Shown: piece after piece, positions 63,938-64,000 of the stretch
How the letters are laid out: each line of letters opens with the position of its first letter
Numbering within the stretch: the stretch's first letter is position 1
Source of the DNA: Pirellulales bacterium
Lineage (GTDB): Bacteria; Planctomycetota; Planctomycetia; Pirellulales; PALSA-1355
Assembly (NCBI GenBank): GCA_963733035.1
Contig: CAVTBU010000007.1
Coordinates: 480,001 to 544,000 of the forward strand
Direction of reading: 5' to 3'
DNA: 64,000 bases
Made by a program: the position numbers and the translations under genes
The notes under the pieces: model-generated
Database searches by the model: none
The model's input: only the letters and a program-made list of their open reading frames with translations
Told to the model about the DNA's origin: nothing

Positions 63938-64000
63938 ATGCTGCGACATCTGATGCTTAGCGTGTGCCTATTCGCGTTTGGCGCGATCGTATACTACGGT
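63938..64000 (+). CDS. Possible start of a secreted/membrane protein truncated by the window edge
   Basis: AAGG then ATG; MLRHLMLSVCLFAFGAIVYYG is open to the end of the window. Confidence 0.3.
   Translation, partial: MLRHLMLSVCLFAFGAIVYYG

Overview
GC-rich bacterial chromosome segment, almost certainly from a planctomycete (DUF1501, DUF1549/DUF1553, TIGR03067-type, DUF1080 and PEP-CTERM genes). The central 9.1-57.5 kb is ordinary core genome: ettA, guaA, surE, a hybrid kinase, an ABC-2 transporter, ispF-cysS-ruvCAB, an ECF sigma with a vWA partner, TPR-TPR-ExbB-ExbD-ExbD, xerD, galE, a YhaM-like nuclease and murA-prmC-prfA-rpmE. Accessory regions lie on both sides (0-9.1 kb and 57.6-64 kb). 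Two things stand out. (1) Unrelated accessory genes are separated by a reused kit of non-coding blocks: a ~209-bp element bounded by TGGCCCGATT direct repeats (3 copies), a ~780-bp direct repeat, a junction motif AAAGGTTTGCGTCCCCTT (7 variants) and several REP-like palindrome families. The larger blocks share the orientation of the adjacent genes, which suggests a cassette-like array. (2) One ORF contains two complete signal peptide-NHL propeller-PEP-CTERM units in tandem, a possible sorting polyprotein, and its anchor-coding DNA is shared with the neighbouring unrelated PEP-CTERM gene. Several conserved genes carry small frameshifts, so the assembly probably has indel errors and any frame-dependent claim needs read-level checking. 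No rRNA, tRNA, CRISPR array or transposase was recognised. All family calls are by motif recognition, not database search.
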